Assembly (NCBI RefSeq): GCF_023055435.1 | Contig: NW_025963846.1 | Coordinates: 14,012,001 to 14,076,000 of the forward strand | Reading direction: 5' to 3' | Origin: Haliotis rufescens | Taxonomy: Eukaryota | DNA length: 64,000 nucleotides | Shown: piece by piece, positions 61,226 through 64,000 of the stretch | Layout: each line of letters opens with the position of its first letter | How positions within the stretch are numbered: position 1 is the stretch's first letter | Notes under the pieces: model-generated | What the model was told of the DNA's origin: nothing | Database searches by the model: none | Seen by the model: only the letters and a program-made list of their open reading frames with translations | Program-made: the position numbers and the translations under genes

Positions 61226-62667
61226 GTAAATGGACGTTATTATCATAATCATTGTTTAATCCTTAATGGGATTCTTTAGTTGACAGACAGATGTTAGTCT
61301 GTGGATTTGTCAGGTGTGTGGATGTAGTTTTTTTAATTATTTTTAATATCAGGTTGCATTATGTGATCATGACTTAAGAGCAAAGTGATAGATGTTATTT
61401 TGTATGCAAATAATTCTGGAAGAGTTCTCGGTTATCATGGTTATAGCGCGGTAAAGCATGGCTCACAAAATATATTTACATTTTTAATTTTTTAATAAGC
61501 TCTAGTTTTCTAGTGACACAATGTTTTCCCCATCTCAAATAACATTGTCAGCTGATCACCGTGATCTAGTAACACCGGAAATACCAGTCAACAAATCTGA
61601 ACTGAAGTACGCAATTTAATCCCATTATTATACTATCTGGTTATAATAAAGTGTTCAATTTTGTTTATCCTGACTTATGTTTGTAATATATTTTATTAAT
61701 TTTATTCAAAATTTTATTCAATAATATTTACATTAATTTTGTCGTAATCGTGTGTGAAGTGATCGGTAGATGGCACAACTCACCGTTATTTACAGCAACC
61801 ACAGTCAGAATACCGCTACTGATGCCTTGAAATGAACTTTAGTTGCAAGAGAATGAATACATTTATCATAAATTCCATACTTTGACTTGTTAAAAACTAA
61901 AAAGTCATATTTGGGGCAGTTTAACTATTAAATGTCAACATCTCTTTGCAGTCGAAATATGGTGACTGGTCAAATTGTTCCATACCTTAAAATATCCTGC
62001 AACAGCAATCACTTGACCGAAGTGCTACACTTATCATGCTTATGGTTCTTATACTTTTTAATATATATAGTGGTTGGTTTTGGTTGGTTTGTTGACAGCG
62101 GTCTGTAAATAATCGAGTCTGGACCAGACAATCCAGTGATTGATATCATGAGCATTGATGTACACAATTGGGATCGATGACATGCATTAACCAAGTCAGC
62201 AAGCCTGAAATATATATAGTGAAAGCAGCAACTAAAATAACACAATGTTGGAATGATAAAATGATTATATTAGATACAATTTCTTCTGATCATTGCATCA
62301 AAATTCTTTGAAGTTGTATCATTGGGTACTTTTTAACTGAATCACTGGTAGATTGAGAGGAAATGGCATCAATCTCTTTCTCTAACCGTAATACTGATCG
62401 GCAGCCTAAATCTAAGGATGCAGAACATGGGCCTTCCTCTGCTGAGAACTCAAACGTGTTATCAAGTTGGCTGTCTGTTCCACCATAACAGCTGTAAAAC
62501 CACCTCTAAAGCCTACCATACCATCCTTGTCAATTGAAGACGATGGCATATCGGATAGTTTCCTCAATGATGAAGTTCCTGTCAAAATGAACCAGTCGCC
62601 TGATACTAGTGCGCTTGTTACCACACTGACGTCAGAGCACGGACAGATGCACAGTTATATCAGAGCC

Positions 62668-63155
62668 ATCTTCCCTAGGCAAGGGAGTTAACTGACTGTA
62701 AAGGAACAGTTTCCACCCTTGTCGAACTAGGCTGGCATTTCTGGTCTCGATCGTAGAGCCACCAGTGGCGATTACGAGTTATGTCCCTGCTATTCCCCTC
62801 CTACTGACCAACCAGATTCCACCTGTCATATTACTTGCATTTTCTTCAAACAAAGACGATTTGATCGATGATCAAGTTCTATGTTGTAATAAAAGTGCAT
62901 CTTAATTAAACTCATGAAAAGATTTGGAAAATATCTGTTGATGCCCAGTTGACGGTACACATCCTGCAGTTGACCAAATCTGCGTGTTGAAATCCATGTT
63001 GTTTACGAAACGGATGTCGATTTCGTAACACGATTTTGATTGGACTATGCATAGACTCTATGGTCCAGCCAAAATATAACTCCATACTCTAAGCCTAGTT
63101 CGGCAAGGGTGGAAACTGGACTTTTGTGGTCAGTTAACTCCCTTGCCCTGGGAAC
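62668..63155. mobile_element. MITE with ~65-bp TIRs (TTCCC.AGGCAAGGGAGTTAACTGAC)
   Basis: Left TIR 62668-62735 pairs with right TIR 63092-63155. Hairpin-only derivatives are at 14232-14306 and 45412-45500. Confidence 0.85.
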
Positions 63156-64000
63156 ATGTATCAGAGGAGACTTCGTCTACGTCAGCCTCGACACACAGCT
63201 GAGAGTCGTTGATTGTCCGTTGCACCTTATCAAGATGCACAAATGATCATCACCCTGAATATTTCATCAATGGATATGGTCGCTCTCAAGTTGACATCGG
63301 CAATTTCAACTTCCCCTCGGATTGATCGCACAAGTTTGTACTTTTCATACACTCAAGAACGACAGAACAAGGATCGATCCTGCACCTCTGATAAGGATTG
63401 CCGGGCTTCCTCAAAGAATCACTGTTCCAAGTATCGACATTCTCAGGATAGCTCTTCCAAGGATCAACACCTTAAGGATTGACACTCAAGGGATCAATGG
63501 TCTAGAGCTAAGAATCGGCTTTGCCGAGATTGGCACTCAAGGGATTGACCTTTACAGGATCGCTGCTCTACTGACGAATTGACAGCGGAACCACTGATAT
63601 CACCGACCACTCAAGCTCGTCAGGGCAACTGTGACCTTTGAAGTTTCAGTCATGAAACCACCTCCAGCGTTAACCATACCCTCCATGTCGATTGCAGGTG
63701 ATGGTGTCTCGGGCAGCTTTCTCACTGACGAGGTTCCCACCAATTGGATCAACCATTTGTCCCCATTGGAGCAACCAGTGCCTTGGATGCCTGCATGGCT
63801 TGTCGAAACCAGCTTAAACAGCCCCTACTGTCGACCTTCCTATTACTCCCTGATGGTCAGCTGCAGTCGCTTATCGTCCCCGGCTCCTCCACGTGATGCT
63901 CTAGTCTTTGACAAACTGACCACTTTGTCTCCGGACACAGTCGCTCCCAAGTCTACTAAGGCATGACGGAGCCAGGATTGCTCTCATGCTTCAGACAAAG

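Overview
Eukaryotic, intron-rich, AT-rich invertebrate DNA. The SINE landscape and gene content suggest a mollusc, possibly a gastropod such as abalone (inference). I reconstructed these GT-AG spliced genes by hand: an 8-exon GH29 alpha-L-fucosidase (- strand, 12570->1272) head-to-head with 4-exon cyclophilin PPIL1 (+, 16846-20246); a probable 4-exon Ala-rich orphan gene (+, 29263-30781); a 6-exon secreted protein with a Cys/Trp N-module, 2 TSP1 and 2 chitin-binding domains (+, 40203-47342); and 3-exon ALG10 (-, 54578->50209) head-to-head with the first two exons of an SLC35A2-type UDP-galactose transporter (+, from 59053). The rest is repeats: at least four SINE-like families with a shared 3' tail, several MITE families, a scrambled DDE transposase relic (about 23.1-27.7 kb), an R4/Dong-like LINE 3' fragment and seven tandem arrays, including a 4.3-kb 36-bp satellite. 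The most interesting non-coding signals are (i) dispersed minimal hammerhead-ribozyme motifs of Penelope type, most with the U3-A8 core variant, and (ii) a very abundant tRNA-less retroposon whose precisely defined 5' end folds into a covarying, probably pseudoknotted RNA structure, a candidate self-processing RNA.
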